A DNA stretch of 64,000 bases, taken from positions 64,609 through 128,608 of the forward strand of contig JBAQUL010000015.1 of assembly GCA_049297495.1 (NCBI GenBank), in the 5' to 3' direction. Within the stretch, counting starts at the first letter, position 1; each line of letters opens with the position of its first letter. The position numbers and the translations under genes were made by a program. Shown in pieces: positions 1 through 7,728 of the stretch. Source of the stretch: Candidatus Moraniibacteriota bacterium (GTDB lineage: Bacteria; Patescibacteriota; Minisyncoccia; Moranbacterales; UBA2206). The notes under the pieces are model-generated. The model ran no database searches, was not told the DNA's origin, and saw nothing but the letters and a program-made list of their open reading frames with translations.

Positions 1-1
1 C

Positions 2-391
2 TCCAAAGAGGCGGGAGTGGTGATTATGGGGGATAAGACTTTTTTTACTTTTCCCGCGCCATTAAAAGAGCGTCTGAATGTGGTTTTTACTTTGGATGAA
101 AATCCAAAATCAATCGAAGGCGTTAGGTGGGTCAAGGGCGAGCCAGAAGCGGTCATTAGAGAGTTGGAAGTATTAGGGTATGAGTCGGCGATTCTTGGCG
201 GGGGCGCTTTTATTAATGGGCTTTTCTTGGAGCATAAATTAATCGACGAGATTTGGATCACGATTGAGCCAAAAATATTTGGCGATGGACTCTCGCTTTT
301 TAAGGGTGATTTTGATGTAAACTTGAAATTGAATAGCGTCGAAAAAATCAATGATAACTCCATAGTTTTGAAATACGAAGTTTTATATTAA
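2..391 (+). CDS. RibD C-terminal domain reductase (riboflavin-pathway/dihydrofolate-reductase-like fold). The 5' end is cut by the window edge.
   Basis: The ORF is open to the window start. Its C-terminal motif IDEIWITIEPKIFGDGLSLF matches the RibD_C/DHFR-like signature (LDEL.L...P...G.G..LF). The context is a riboflavin gene neighbourhood. Confidence 0.55.
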   Translation, partial: SKEAGVVIMGDKTFFTFPAPLKERLNVVFTLDENPKSIEGVRWVKGEPEAVIRELEVLGYESAILGGGAFINGLFLEHKLIDEIWITIEPKIFGDGLSLFKGDFDVNLKLNSVEKINDNSIVLKYEVLY

Positions 392-603
392 ACTATGATT
401 GATTAATTAAAAAAATGAATTTCGAAAATCATAAAGAAACTGAGATGCCAAGTGGGCGAGAACAAGGAATGCGCAAAGGATTGACCGATCCCGTCGTTGG
501 TGATTTAATTACTGCTAGAGAAAAATGAGACAAGGAATTTGAAGAAAAACAAGAAAAAAGAAGGTCGTTTAACTTTTTCTAAATATAAATAACTTTTTAC
601 TAT

Positions 604-2070
604 ATGAACAAATACACGGCTGTTATCGGCATGGAAATCCATGTTGAACTCAAGACTAAATCCAAAATGTTCTGTTCCAGTAAGAATGGCATGGGAATGG
701 AAACAGAGCCGAATGTCAATATTTGTCCGGTTTGCACCGCGCAACCTGGAACGCTTCCTGTGCCCAATCGCCAGGCGATTGAGTTTGTGCAATTGGCGGG
801 ATTGGCCTTGAATTGTCAATTGAGACTGGATAGTAAATTTGACCGCAAAAACTATTTCTATCCCGACATTCCCAAGGGCTATCAGATTTCTCAATATGAC
901 CAGCCTTTTTGTGAAGCAGGACACCTTGACGTTTTAGGAAGAAAAATTGGTGTAACTAGGATTCATCTCGAGGAAGACACTGGGAAGCTTGTTCATCCCA
1001 AGGGTGCGAATTATTCCCTAGTTGATTTTAATCGGGCGGGTGTGCCACTGATGGAGCTCGTGACTGAGCCGGACATTGAAACTGCCGAAGAGGCGCGCGT
1101 GTTTTGCCAGAAGTTACAGCAAATTTGTCGCTATCTCAAAATTTCCGATGCGGATATGGAGAAAGGCCATATGCGTTGTGAGGTCAACCTTTCGCTATAT
1201 AAAAAAGGTGAAGAAAAACTGTCTGGCACAAAAGTGGAAGTGAAAAATATCAACTCATTCAAATTTGTAGAAAAAGCCATCGCCTATGAAATTGAGCGAC
1301 AAACAGAAGCCTTGGAAAGAGGTGAGAAAGTTGTGCAAGAAACGCGTGGCTGGGATGCTAATCGTAATGCGACTGTCTCGCAGCGAAAAAAAGAATCCGC
1401 CCATGATTATCGCTATTTTCCCGAACCAGATATTCCACCATTTCAGTTTACGCCGGAATATGTGGCAGAGCTGAAACGAAAATTACCAGAACTGCCTGAT
1501 CAAAAAGTGAAACGTTTCAAAGTTGAATATGGCCTGGCTGACGATGCAATTTTAGTGCTCACAACCGATCCAGCTTTGGCAGATTATTTTGAAAATGTTG
1601 TCAGTGAAATAAAGGAAAAAATTGAGTGTAAAGAATTTTCAGTTTCCCTGGAAAAAGCCTTAACACTGGCGGCGAACTATATGGTGGGAGAACTCCGAAA
1701 ACATTTGATGACCAATGGTGGTGAGATTGCTGAATTAAAAATCACTCCAGAGAATTACGCTGAACTTATCGCAATCGTCGGTGAAGGAAAAATTAGCTCT
1801 TCTGGAGCACAAACAGTACTGAAGGAGATGTATGAGACAGGAGCAGATCCATCGCAAATTATTGAAGCTAAAAATCTAATCCAAATGAGTGATGCGGGGG
1901 AGTTGGAAAAAATTGTTGATGAAGTTCTCGCAAAAAATGAAAAATCTGTCGCAGACTTCAAGTCCGGAAAAGAAAATGCTTTGAAATTTTTGGTGGGGCA
2001 AGTGATGTCGGTGTCTAAAGGCAAAGCCAATCCGCAAGTGGCGGAAGAGTTATTGCGTAAAAAGTTATAA
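604..2070 (+). CDS. gatB: Asp-tRNA(Asn)/Glu-tRNA(Gln) amidotransferase subunit B
   Basis: The N-terminus YTAVIGMEIHVELKTKSKMFC is the canonical GatB start. The length (488 aa) and C-terminal GatB/YqeY-like domain also fit. Confidence 0.93.
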   Translation: MNKYTAVIGMEIHVELKTKSKMFCSSKNGMGMETEPNVNICPVCTAQPGTLPVPNRQAIEFVQLAGLALNCQLRLDSKFDRKNYFYPDIPKGYQISQYDQPFCEAGHLDVLGRKIGVTRIHLEEDTGKLVHPKGANYSLVDFNRAGVPLMELVTEPDIETAEEARVFCQKLQQICRYLKISDADMEKGHMRCEVNLSLYKKGEEKLSGTKVEVKNINSFKFVEKAIAYEIERQTEALERGEKVVQETRGWDANRNATVSQRKKESAHDYRYFPEPDIPPFQFTPEYVAELKRKLPELPDQKVKRFKVEYGLADDAILVLTTDPALADYFENVVSEIKEKIECKEFSVSLEKALTLAANYMVGELRKHLMTNGGEIAELKITPENYAELIAIVGEGKISSSGAQTVLKEMYETGADPSQIIEAKNLIQMSDAGELEKIVDEVLAKNEKSVADFKSGKENALKFLVGQVMSVSKGKANPQVAEELLRKKL

Positions 2071-2093
2071 TTAATTATTGAAAATAAAAAAAT

Positions 2094-2669
2094 ATGCGAA
2101 ATAATCCATTGGAGATGGGCGGTATGAGGAAAAAATCAAATTTAGAGCGCGCTTTTCCTCTTGAAGGGGAAGGGCGTAAGGATAGTATTGAGACGCGCGT
2201 ATTTGGAATGGCTGTTGACATGCATACTGACAAAGAGAATATTGATCCAGATTTACTAGCGGAAGTGAGATTATTGGCAACTAGTCCAAGGCTAAAGCGA
2301 GAGATTAAAGAATTTTTAGAAGAAAAGGATAGTGAAAATGAAGATGGTGAAATTGAAATGAATCCTAGCTTTAGATTAAGAGCAAAAGAGCAAGCTTGTG
2401 CGTCGTATATTGCTGAAAAAATGGCCAAGCTTATTAATGCGAATATCATGCAGAGAGTGTCACGAGAAGTGCTTTCTGATGTGACCGGAGGCGACCCTGT
2501 ATTATTAAAGAAGGGCATCGCAGTATTAAGTAGTCAGGAATTTAAAGCTAGTTTCAGAAAAATGCTAAAGGAGAAAGGGATAACAAATATAGGCTCTAAC
2601 TTGAATGAGCGAACGAGATTGCTCAAAGATGTTTTGCATATGCTCCTAGAGGGAGAACTTAGCGAATGA
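2094..2669 (+). CDS. Hypothetical protein. A later start near 2124 is possible. The 3' end overlaps the convergent miaA by 11 bp.
   Basis: Intact 191-aa ORF with a GGAG motif 9 nt upstream of the ATG at 2124. I recognise no conserved domain. Confidence 0.35.
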   Translation: MRNNPLEMGGMRKKSNLERAFPLEGEGRKDSIETRVFGMAVDMHTDKENIDPDLLAEVRLLATSPRLKREIKEFLEEKDSENEDGEIEMNPSFRLRAKEQACASYIAEKMAKLINANIMQRVSREVLSDVTGGDPVLLKKGIAVLSSQEFKASFRKMLKEKGITNIGSNLNERTRLLKDVLHMLLEGELSE

Positions 2670-3603
2670 TAAATTTTTCCACTTCTTCTTCAATTTCTTG
2701 ATATTTCTTCTTACCTGTCGAAGATGTGGGTAGCCAGATTATTCTTTTATCTTTTCCAAACCAAGTCATCTGACGTTTGGCATAATCTTTTTCAGCTGAA
2801 TAGACTTTGAAAAACAACTCCTCACGCGGGAGTTGTTTTTGCAAAAACTTGGCAATCCAAAGATAGCCCAAACCAAAACTTTCCATTTTTTTCCAGCTGA
2901 TTTTTTGTTCGCGGTGGAGTCGTGTGACTTCTTCAATCATACCTTCGTCGAATCTTTGCTTTAGCCTTTTTTCAATATTTTGATGCAGCTTTTCTTTGGG
3001 AAGTGATATGCCAATTTGCAGAAATTTTGGAGGCTCAACCTCCATTATGGAGGTTGAGCCTCCACTTGCAATAACTGGCACCTTACCGAGCGTTCTGCAA
3101 ATTTCAATTGCCCGAATAAGTCTTACTGGATTTTTAGCGTCGATATTTCCTGCTCGGACCGGATCGAGTTTTTCAAGCATCACAAAAAGCTGCTCAGTGG
3201 ATTTTTTGCCTAACTTTTCTCGTAGTTTCCAATCTGGTTTCACTTCTGGATAAATGACGTCGTCAACCAAGGCTTTGATCCAAAAACCAGTTCCACCGCA
3301 AATAATGGGAAGTTTACCACGTTTCAAGATATCGGCAATTAAAATTTGCGCTTTTTTTTTGAATTGGGCTGCGCTAAAATTAGTTTTTGGACTAACAATA
3401 TCAAGCATATAGTGCTTGGCAAGCGCTTGCTCTGCGCTTGTGACTTTGCCTGTGCCAACATCCATCCCGCGATAAATTTGTCGGCTGTCAGCCGAAATAA
3501 TCTCGCCGTTAAACTTCTGTGCCAATTTTATGGCGACAGAAGACTTCCCCGAGGATGTGGGGCCGAGAATCACGACTATTTTTGACTTTTGGGTGTTTAT
3601 CAT
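2659..3603 (-). CDS. miaA: tRNA dimethylallyltransferase
   Basis: P-loop VVILGPTSSGKSSVAIKLA followed by ISADSRQIYRGMDVGTGK, as in MiaA. Length 314 aa. Confidence 0.92.
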   Translation of the reverse strand: MINTQKSKIVVILGPTSSGKSSVAIKLAQKFNGEIISADSRQIYRGMDVGTGKVTSAEQALAKHYMLDIVSPKTNFSAAQFKKKAQILIADILKRGKLPIICGGTGFWIKALVDDVIYPEVKPDWKLREKLGKKSTEQLFVMLEKLDPVRAGNIDAKNPVRLIRAIEICRTLGKVPVIASGGSTSIMEVEPPKFLQIGISLPKEKLHQNIEKRLKQRFDEGMIEEVTRLHREQKISWKKMESFGLGYLWIAKFLQKQLPREELFFKVYSAEKDYAKRQMTWFGKDKRIIWLPTSSTGKKKYQEIEEEVEKFIIR

Positions 3604-3651
3604 AGTATTGTGTATAATAATACTATTGGCGGTGATAAATCAAGTAACGCA

Positions 3652-3990
3652 ATGAAAAATATATTTGAAGGTAATGTGGTCCATGGACAAAAAGAAGGCC
3701 GAAAACTTGGTTTTCCCACGGCTAATGTTGAATTTAGGGGAAAAATGGAAGAAGGGGTATATGCCGGCTGGGCCATTATTGACGGAAAAAGATATAAAGC
3801 AGGGATAATGTATCGTAACAGAACGACTATTTTAGAAGCCTATATCTTGGATTTTTCCGGAGATCTTTATGGTAAAAAAATTGAGCTTGAGGTTGGGGAA
3901 AAAATTAGAGAAATTGTTCAATTCGAGACTAATAAGGATTTAATAGTGCAGATTGAAAAAGACATAAAATTAGTCAGAGATAAAGTTTAA
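3652..3990 (+). CDS. Monofunctional riboflavin kinase (RFK domain, RibF C-terminal-like)
   Basis: GNVVHGQKEGRKLGFPTANV is the riboflavin kinase signature. The ORF is open from a TTG at 3589 that overlaps the miaA start. The ATG at 3652 gives an RFK-only protein. Confidence 0.7.
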   Translation: MKNIFEGNVVHGQKEGRKLGFPTANVEFRGKMEEGVYAGWAIIDGKRYKAGIMYRNRTTILEAYILDFSGDLYGKKIELEVGEKIREIVQFETNKDLIVQIEKDIKLVRDKV

Positions 3991-4015
3991 TGTTCGCATA
4001 AAACTAAACCCCGAC

Positions 4016-4154
4016 TGTCATCCTGAGCGGAGTTCGTACTCGAACGTAGTCGAAGGATCTGCCTAGGGTAACCGCAGTCCTTACTATTTATAGCGATATT
4101 AGTGATAGTCGAAAACAGATCCTTCGACTTCGCTCCGCTTCGCTCAGGATGACA
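4016..4154. repeat. 139-nt palindromic element with about 40-bp terminal inverted repeats (TGTCATCCTGAGCG...AGTCGAAGGATCT). Second copy at 63186-63324.
   Basis: The left arm 4016-4060 and right arm 4117-4154 are reverse complements. The left arm also contains the sub-hairpin gttcg-tact-cgaac. The same arms occur at 63186-63324 with a divergent centre. Confidence 0.8.
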
Positions 4155-4180
4155 AGTTGCATTTAAGTGCATAAATTATT

Positions 4181-4765
4181 ATGTTTACAGGAATCATAAC
4201 TAAAATTTCAACAATAGAAACGGCGTCCGAAAAAGGTGGTAGTTTTTTTGTGGTAATTAAAAAACCAAAGAATTGGAAAGTAAAATTGGGTGAAAGCATC
4301 TCTGTGAATGGTGTCTGCTCAACAGTAAAAAATATTTCAAAAAATAGTTTTGAAGTGGAATATATGCCAGAAACACTCAAAAAAACCACTGCTGGAACTT
4401 TTGCCAAGGGGCGAATGGTGAATTTGGAAAAAAGTCTCACACTGAATCAGCTGCTAGACGGGCATATTGTTCAGGGTCACATTGATGCGCGGGGAAAAAT
4501 AGTTGAAATTCAGAAAGTAAAAAAATCCAAAGTGATGAAAATTCAAGCGCCCAAAAAAGTGCTAGACCTTATTGTCGAAAAAGGTTCGGTCAGTGTTGAT
4601 GGCATTAGTCTCACCGTTGTTGAAGCGAAGAAAGATTGGTTTAGTATTTCACTGGTTGAATATACGCTCAATAATACTAATCTGGGAACAATCAAAGAGG
4701 GCGCTGAGGTGAATATTGAAACAGATATTTTGGCGAAATATATTCATAAATTTTTGAAGAAATAG
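4181..4765 (+). CDS. ribE: Riboflavin synthase (alpha subunit)
   Basis: MFTGIITKISTIE followed by two lumazine-binding repeats (GESISVNGVCSTV and GSVSVDGISLTV). Confidence 0.9.
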   Translation: MFTGIITKISTIETASEKGGSFFVVIKKPKNWKVKLGESISVNGVCSTVKNISKNSFEVEYMPETLKKTTAGTFAKGRMVNLEKSLTLNQLLDGHIVQGHIDARGKIVEIQKVKKSKVMKIQAPKKVLDLIVEKGSVSVDGISLTVVEAKKDWFSISLVEYTLNNTNLGTIKEGAEVNIETDILAKYIHKFLKK

Positions 4766-4769
4766 GACT

Positions 4770-5225
4770 ATGCAAAGAAAAACCGAGATTTTAGAAAAAA
4801 AACTAGATGGGAACAAGCTAAAAATTGCTTTGGTGGTTTCCCGATTTAATTCTGACATCACCGAGAAGATGCTTGCAGGGGCTCTGCGAACATTGGAGAA
4901 AAACTCTGTCCCCCAAAAAAATATTAAAATCGTTTGGGTTCCTGGCTCATTTGAAATTCCACTCGCTTGCCAGCGCTTGGCCAAAACAAAAAAGTTCGAT
5001 GGTATTGTGGCGCTTGGGTGCGTAATTAAGGGCGATACGGACCATTTTTATTACATTTCCTCTGAAGCGAGCCACGGAATTATGCGGGTGATGCTCGATT
5101 TCTCGATTCCGGTTGGCTTTGGCGTTATTACGACCAAAAATCTCAAACAATCTCAGGAGCGCTGCGGAGAAAAGAATAATAAGGGTTCGGAGGCGGCACA
5201 GGCAGTCTTGGAGATGTTGTTTTGA
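4770..5225 (+). CDS. ribH: 6,7-dimethyl-8-ribityllumazine synthase
   Basis: KIALVVSRFNSDITEKMLAGA and GIVALGCVIKGDTDHFYYIS match lumazine synthase. Length 151 aa. Confidence 0.92.
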   Translation: MQRKTEILEKKLDGNKLKIALVVSRFNSDITEKMLAGALRTLEKNSVPQKNIKIVWVPGSFEIPLACQRLAKTKKFDGIVALGCVIKGDTDHFYYISSEASHGIMRVMLDFSIPVGFGVITTKNLKQSQERCGEKNNKGSEAAQAVLEMLF

Positions 5226-5251
5226 TGAATTTTCAGAGCCAAGCTGGCTTA

Positions 5252-5280
5252 TTGACAGATTAGAAAAATTTGATTAAGAT
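5252..5280 (+). promoter_or_regulatory. Sigma70-like promoter (TTGACA-17-TAAGAT) upstream of the GC-rich ORF
   Basis: TTGACA at 5252-5257, a 17-nt spacer, and TAAGAT at 5275-5280. It lies about 100 nt upstream of the ATG at 5386. Confidence 0.4.
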
Positions 5281-5385
5281 AAAAAATCAAAAGCAATAAA
5301 TAGTAATAAAAAGTACCTTAACCATTTTTATGTGAAATTATAGGGCGTGGAAATAAGTTAACCAGAGAAAAACAGGAGGTGTCTC

Positions 5386-5871
5386 ATGAAAGAAGTCGTT
5401 GGAAATGGGGTTTGCGGAAAAGGCTTTCTGCGGCTGGGCGTAGGTGGTTCGGATATAAGTGACATTAAACGGGAAGTGGTGGCGGGTAATGTTGCGGGTA
5501 TCAGCGCCGTGGCCGGGATGATTTTAGACAGAATCGAAATCAGTCCCACAAGAAAAGAAGTGCTCCTCTGGGAAGTTTCCGGCAAGGAACTGGGTCAAAA
5601 ACGGCTGGCCAGGCAGGCTGAGGTTTTCGCCCTGGCTTTCCAGAGCGGTTTTTCGGAAACTTCAGCGGAGGCGATTGCACGGTCACGAGTCGTCTACGCT
5701 GGGCAGGGATGGAAAACCGGCGGGATGAGTCCGATTCAAATCGGAAACAATCTTTGCTTACTCGATCTACGCTGGACTTGCAGGCGTCATTGGCTGGGCG
5801 CAGTAGTTATGGACAATGACTATCTGTTTAGCCCAAACAATATTTGGCTGTTCGAGCGCTCGCTGCAATAA
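5386..5871 (+). CDS. Hypothetical protein encoded by a compositionally anomalous (GC-rich) segment; it may instead be a structured RNA
   Basis: Intact 161-aa ORF with AGGAGGTG 5 nt before the ATG. It uses CGG/CTG/GGC/GCC/GTG codons that are rare elsewhere in the window. It lies between convergent ribH and miaB. Confidence 0.35.
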   Translation: MKEVVGNGVCGKGFLRLGVGGSDISDIKREVVAGNVAGISAVAGMILDRIEISPTRKEVLLWEVSGKELGQKRLARQAEVFALAFQSGFSETSAEAIARSRVVYAGQGWKTGGMSPIQIGNNLCLLDLRWTCRRHWLGAVVMDNDYLFSPNNIWLFERSLQ

Positions 5872-5933
5872 TTTTCATGCAATGTCTTTGAAAATCAAAA
5901 AATGGTCCTGCGGATAAATCCGTCGGGCCATTT

Positions 5934-7253
5934 TTAAATTAAACTTGCCTCAAGGTTCCAAGTGTTAGATTTTGTGATTTTAGCTTTTGTAAAAGTTCCG
6001 ACCAAATTTTTCTGGTCAGTTTTTATTTTTACATCCTTACCTGAACGCGTCCGGCCAAAATAAAACTCATCTTTTTCTTGGTTAATTAAAACTTCCAATG
6101 TTTTTCCAATATATTTTTTATTATTAGAAAAAGCTGTTTTTTTCAAAATTTCATTCAAGAATTTTTCTCGTCTGGATTTTTCCGACTTTAAAACAGTATC
6201 TTTCATTTTCCAAGCGACTGTTCCTGGGCGGGGAGAGAACTGGCCAAAATAGACTAAGTCATATTTTACTTTTTCCATAATCTTGGCCGACTCAAGGAAA
6301 TCTTTTTTAGTCTCTCCAGGGAAGCCGACGATAATATCAGATGTAAGTGAATATGGCGCGTTTGGTTTATATTTTTTGAAAGTGGAACGGATTTTTCTAA
6401 TCAATCCCAAATAGTGCTTGGCGCTATATTTGCGATTCATCGCAGCCAGAATTTCATCAGAGCCAGCTTGAATTGGCAGATGAATGTGCTCGCAAACTTT
6501 TTTTAACCTGACAACTGTCTCAATCAATTCGTCCGAAAAATCTTTCGGATGCGAAGACATAAACCGAATCCAAAAATGCCCGGGGATTTTTTCGATTTTT
6601 CGCAGGAGTTTGGGAAAAGTCGTTTCCTTGTGATTGTAACTATTGACATTCTGCCCCAAAAGCGTGATTTCTTTGCAGCCGCTTTTGATTAGAATTTTAA
6701 TTTCGGTAATGATTTCTTCAGCTGGTCTTGAAACTTCTCGTCCACGTGCATAGGGCACGACACAATAACTGCAAAAATTGTTACAGCCAGTCATTATTGG
6801 GACCAAAGCTCGGTAAGTTTTGGTGTACTTGGGTGTGTTGGAAAGATGGTTGCAGTTTAAGATGGAAGTATCAGGTATGATGTATGATGTAGTATGTATT
6901 TTTTTTATATCCATACTTGATACATAATTCATAATACTTTCTACATTTTTGATTTCACAAAATAAATCTACTTTATCTTTTAATCTTTTTTGCACATCTT
7001 TTCTATTCGCCAAGCAGCCAGTTAAAATTATTTTTATTTTGGGATTATTTTTCCTGAGATTATGAATTTGCCCATAAGCCTTATCTTCGGCCATTTGACG
7101 AATTCCGCAGGTGTTGAAAATAACTAAATCAGCCTCGGTAATTTTTGAAGCGGGGTTGTAATTATTTTTTTCCAAGAAGCTGGCAATCCGTTCGCTGTCG
7201 CTTATGTTCATCTGGCAGCCGAAGGTTTTGATAAAATAAAGTTTTGGTAACAT
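5934..7253 (-). CDS. miaB: tRNA-i6A37 methylthiotransferase (radical SAM MTTase with TRAM domain)
   Basis: FIKTFGCQMNISDSE is the MiaB-type N-terminal motif. The radical SAM CxxxCxxC (CNNFCSYC) and a C-terminal TRAM domain are present. The likely start is the ATG at 7253 (MLPKLYF). Confidence 0.8.
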   Translation of the reverse strand: MLPKLYFIKTFGCQMNISDSERIASFLEKNNYNPASKITEADLVIFNTCGIRQMAEDKAYGQIHNLRKNNPKIKIILTGCLANRKDVQKRLKDKVDLFCEIKNVESIMNYVSSMDIKKIHTTSYIIPDTSILNCNHLSNTPKYTKTYRALVPIMTGCNNFCSYCVVPYARGREVSRPAEEIITEIKILIKSGCKEITLLGQNVNSYNHKETTFPKLLRKIEKIPGHFWIRFMSSHPKDFSDELIETVVRLKKVCEHIHLPIQAGSDEILAAMNRKYSAKHYLGLIRKIRSTFKKYKPNAPYSLTSDIIVGFPGETKKDFLESAKIMEKVKYDLVYFGQFSPRPGTVAWKMKDTVLKSEKSRREKFLNEILKKTAFSNNKKYIGKTLEVLINQEKDEFYFGRTRSGKDVKIKTDQKNLVGTFTKAKITKSNTWNLEASLI

Positions 7254-7291
7254 AGGCGGTAGGCAGTAAGTTAGGTTGAGGGGCTTAGGTT

Positions 7292-7696
7292 TTAGGTAAA
7301 TTTTTCCCAAGCTTGCTTGAGTTTGAAAAGTTGCTTTCCACTAATCTCATATTCTTTGATTAGCTTTTCAACAGAATTGGGATTGAGGTGAGTGTGGTAT
7401 ATATCTTTTGCGTGAGATAGGCTAACGATTGTTTCGTTGTTTTCGGCGATAGCATCATCAAGATATTTTATGAAACCTCTTTTTTGATTTCTTTTCCCAA
7501 AACCTTCAGCGATTAATCTCGGAATGGCTTTCGATGAACGTCTTAATTGGTCAACCAAATCAAACCTTTCTTCCTTGGGAAGCTTAATAATCACTCGTGT
7601 GCAGACTATGATAGATAATTTGTATGTTCTTTGATAGACATCTAAATCGGTGTAGCTTTTTATTTTAGTATTTTGTTCCATATGACCTATTACCAA
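7292..7696 (-). CDS. Four-helix bundle protein (23S rRNA intervening-sequence protein family, TIGR02436-like)
   Basis: YTDLDVYQRTYKL...LPKEERFDLVDQLRRSSKAIPRLIAEGFGKR matches the family signature. Confidence 0.65.
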   Translation of the reverse strand: MVIGHMEQNTKIKSYTDLDVYQRTYKLSIIVCTRVIIKLPKEERFDLVDQLRRSSKAIPRLIAEGFGKRNQKRGFIKYLDDAIAENNETIVSLSHAKDIYHTHLNPNSVEKLIKEYEISGKQLFKLKQAWEKFT

Positions 7697-7728
7697 AAAC
7701 CAAACCTACAGCCAATGCCCTAGGTTTC

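Noticed and set aside
505-924. 139-aa minus-strand ORF, and similar antisense or alternate-frame ORFs inside annotated genes (for example 1286-1474, 1755-2030, 2075-2518, 7879-8313, 8437-8745, 16502-16924, 19994-20230, 24699-25142, 25158-25760, 31410-32165, 52162-52479)
   Set aside because: They overlap well-supported genes on the other strand or frame, have low-complexity or biased composition, and lack ribosome-binding sites. They are not listed as features.
1-5385. FMN (RFN) riboswitch upstream of the riboflavin genes
   Set aside because: No conserved RFN core was seen ahead of the kinase, ribE or ribH, and the intergenic gaps are 4-190 nt.
5386-5871. tmRNA (ssrA) hypothesis for the GC-rich segment, prompted by the T-arm-like hairpin tccga-TTCAAAT-tcgga
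   Set aside because: There is no complementary acceptor 5' strand, no CCA-proximal context, and no short tag-peptide reading frame ending in ALAA followed by a stop. The region is kept only as an unexplained GC-rich ORF or RNA.
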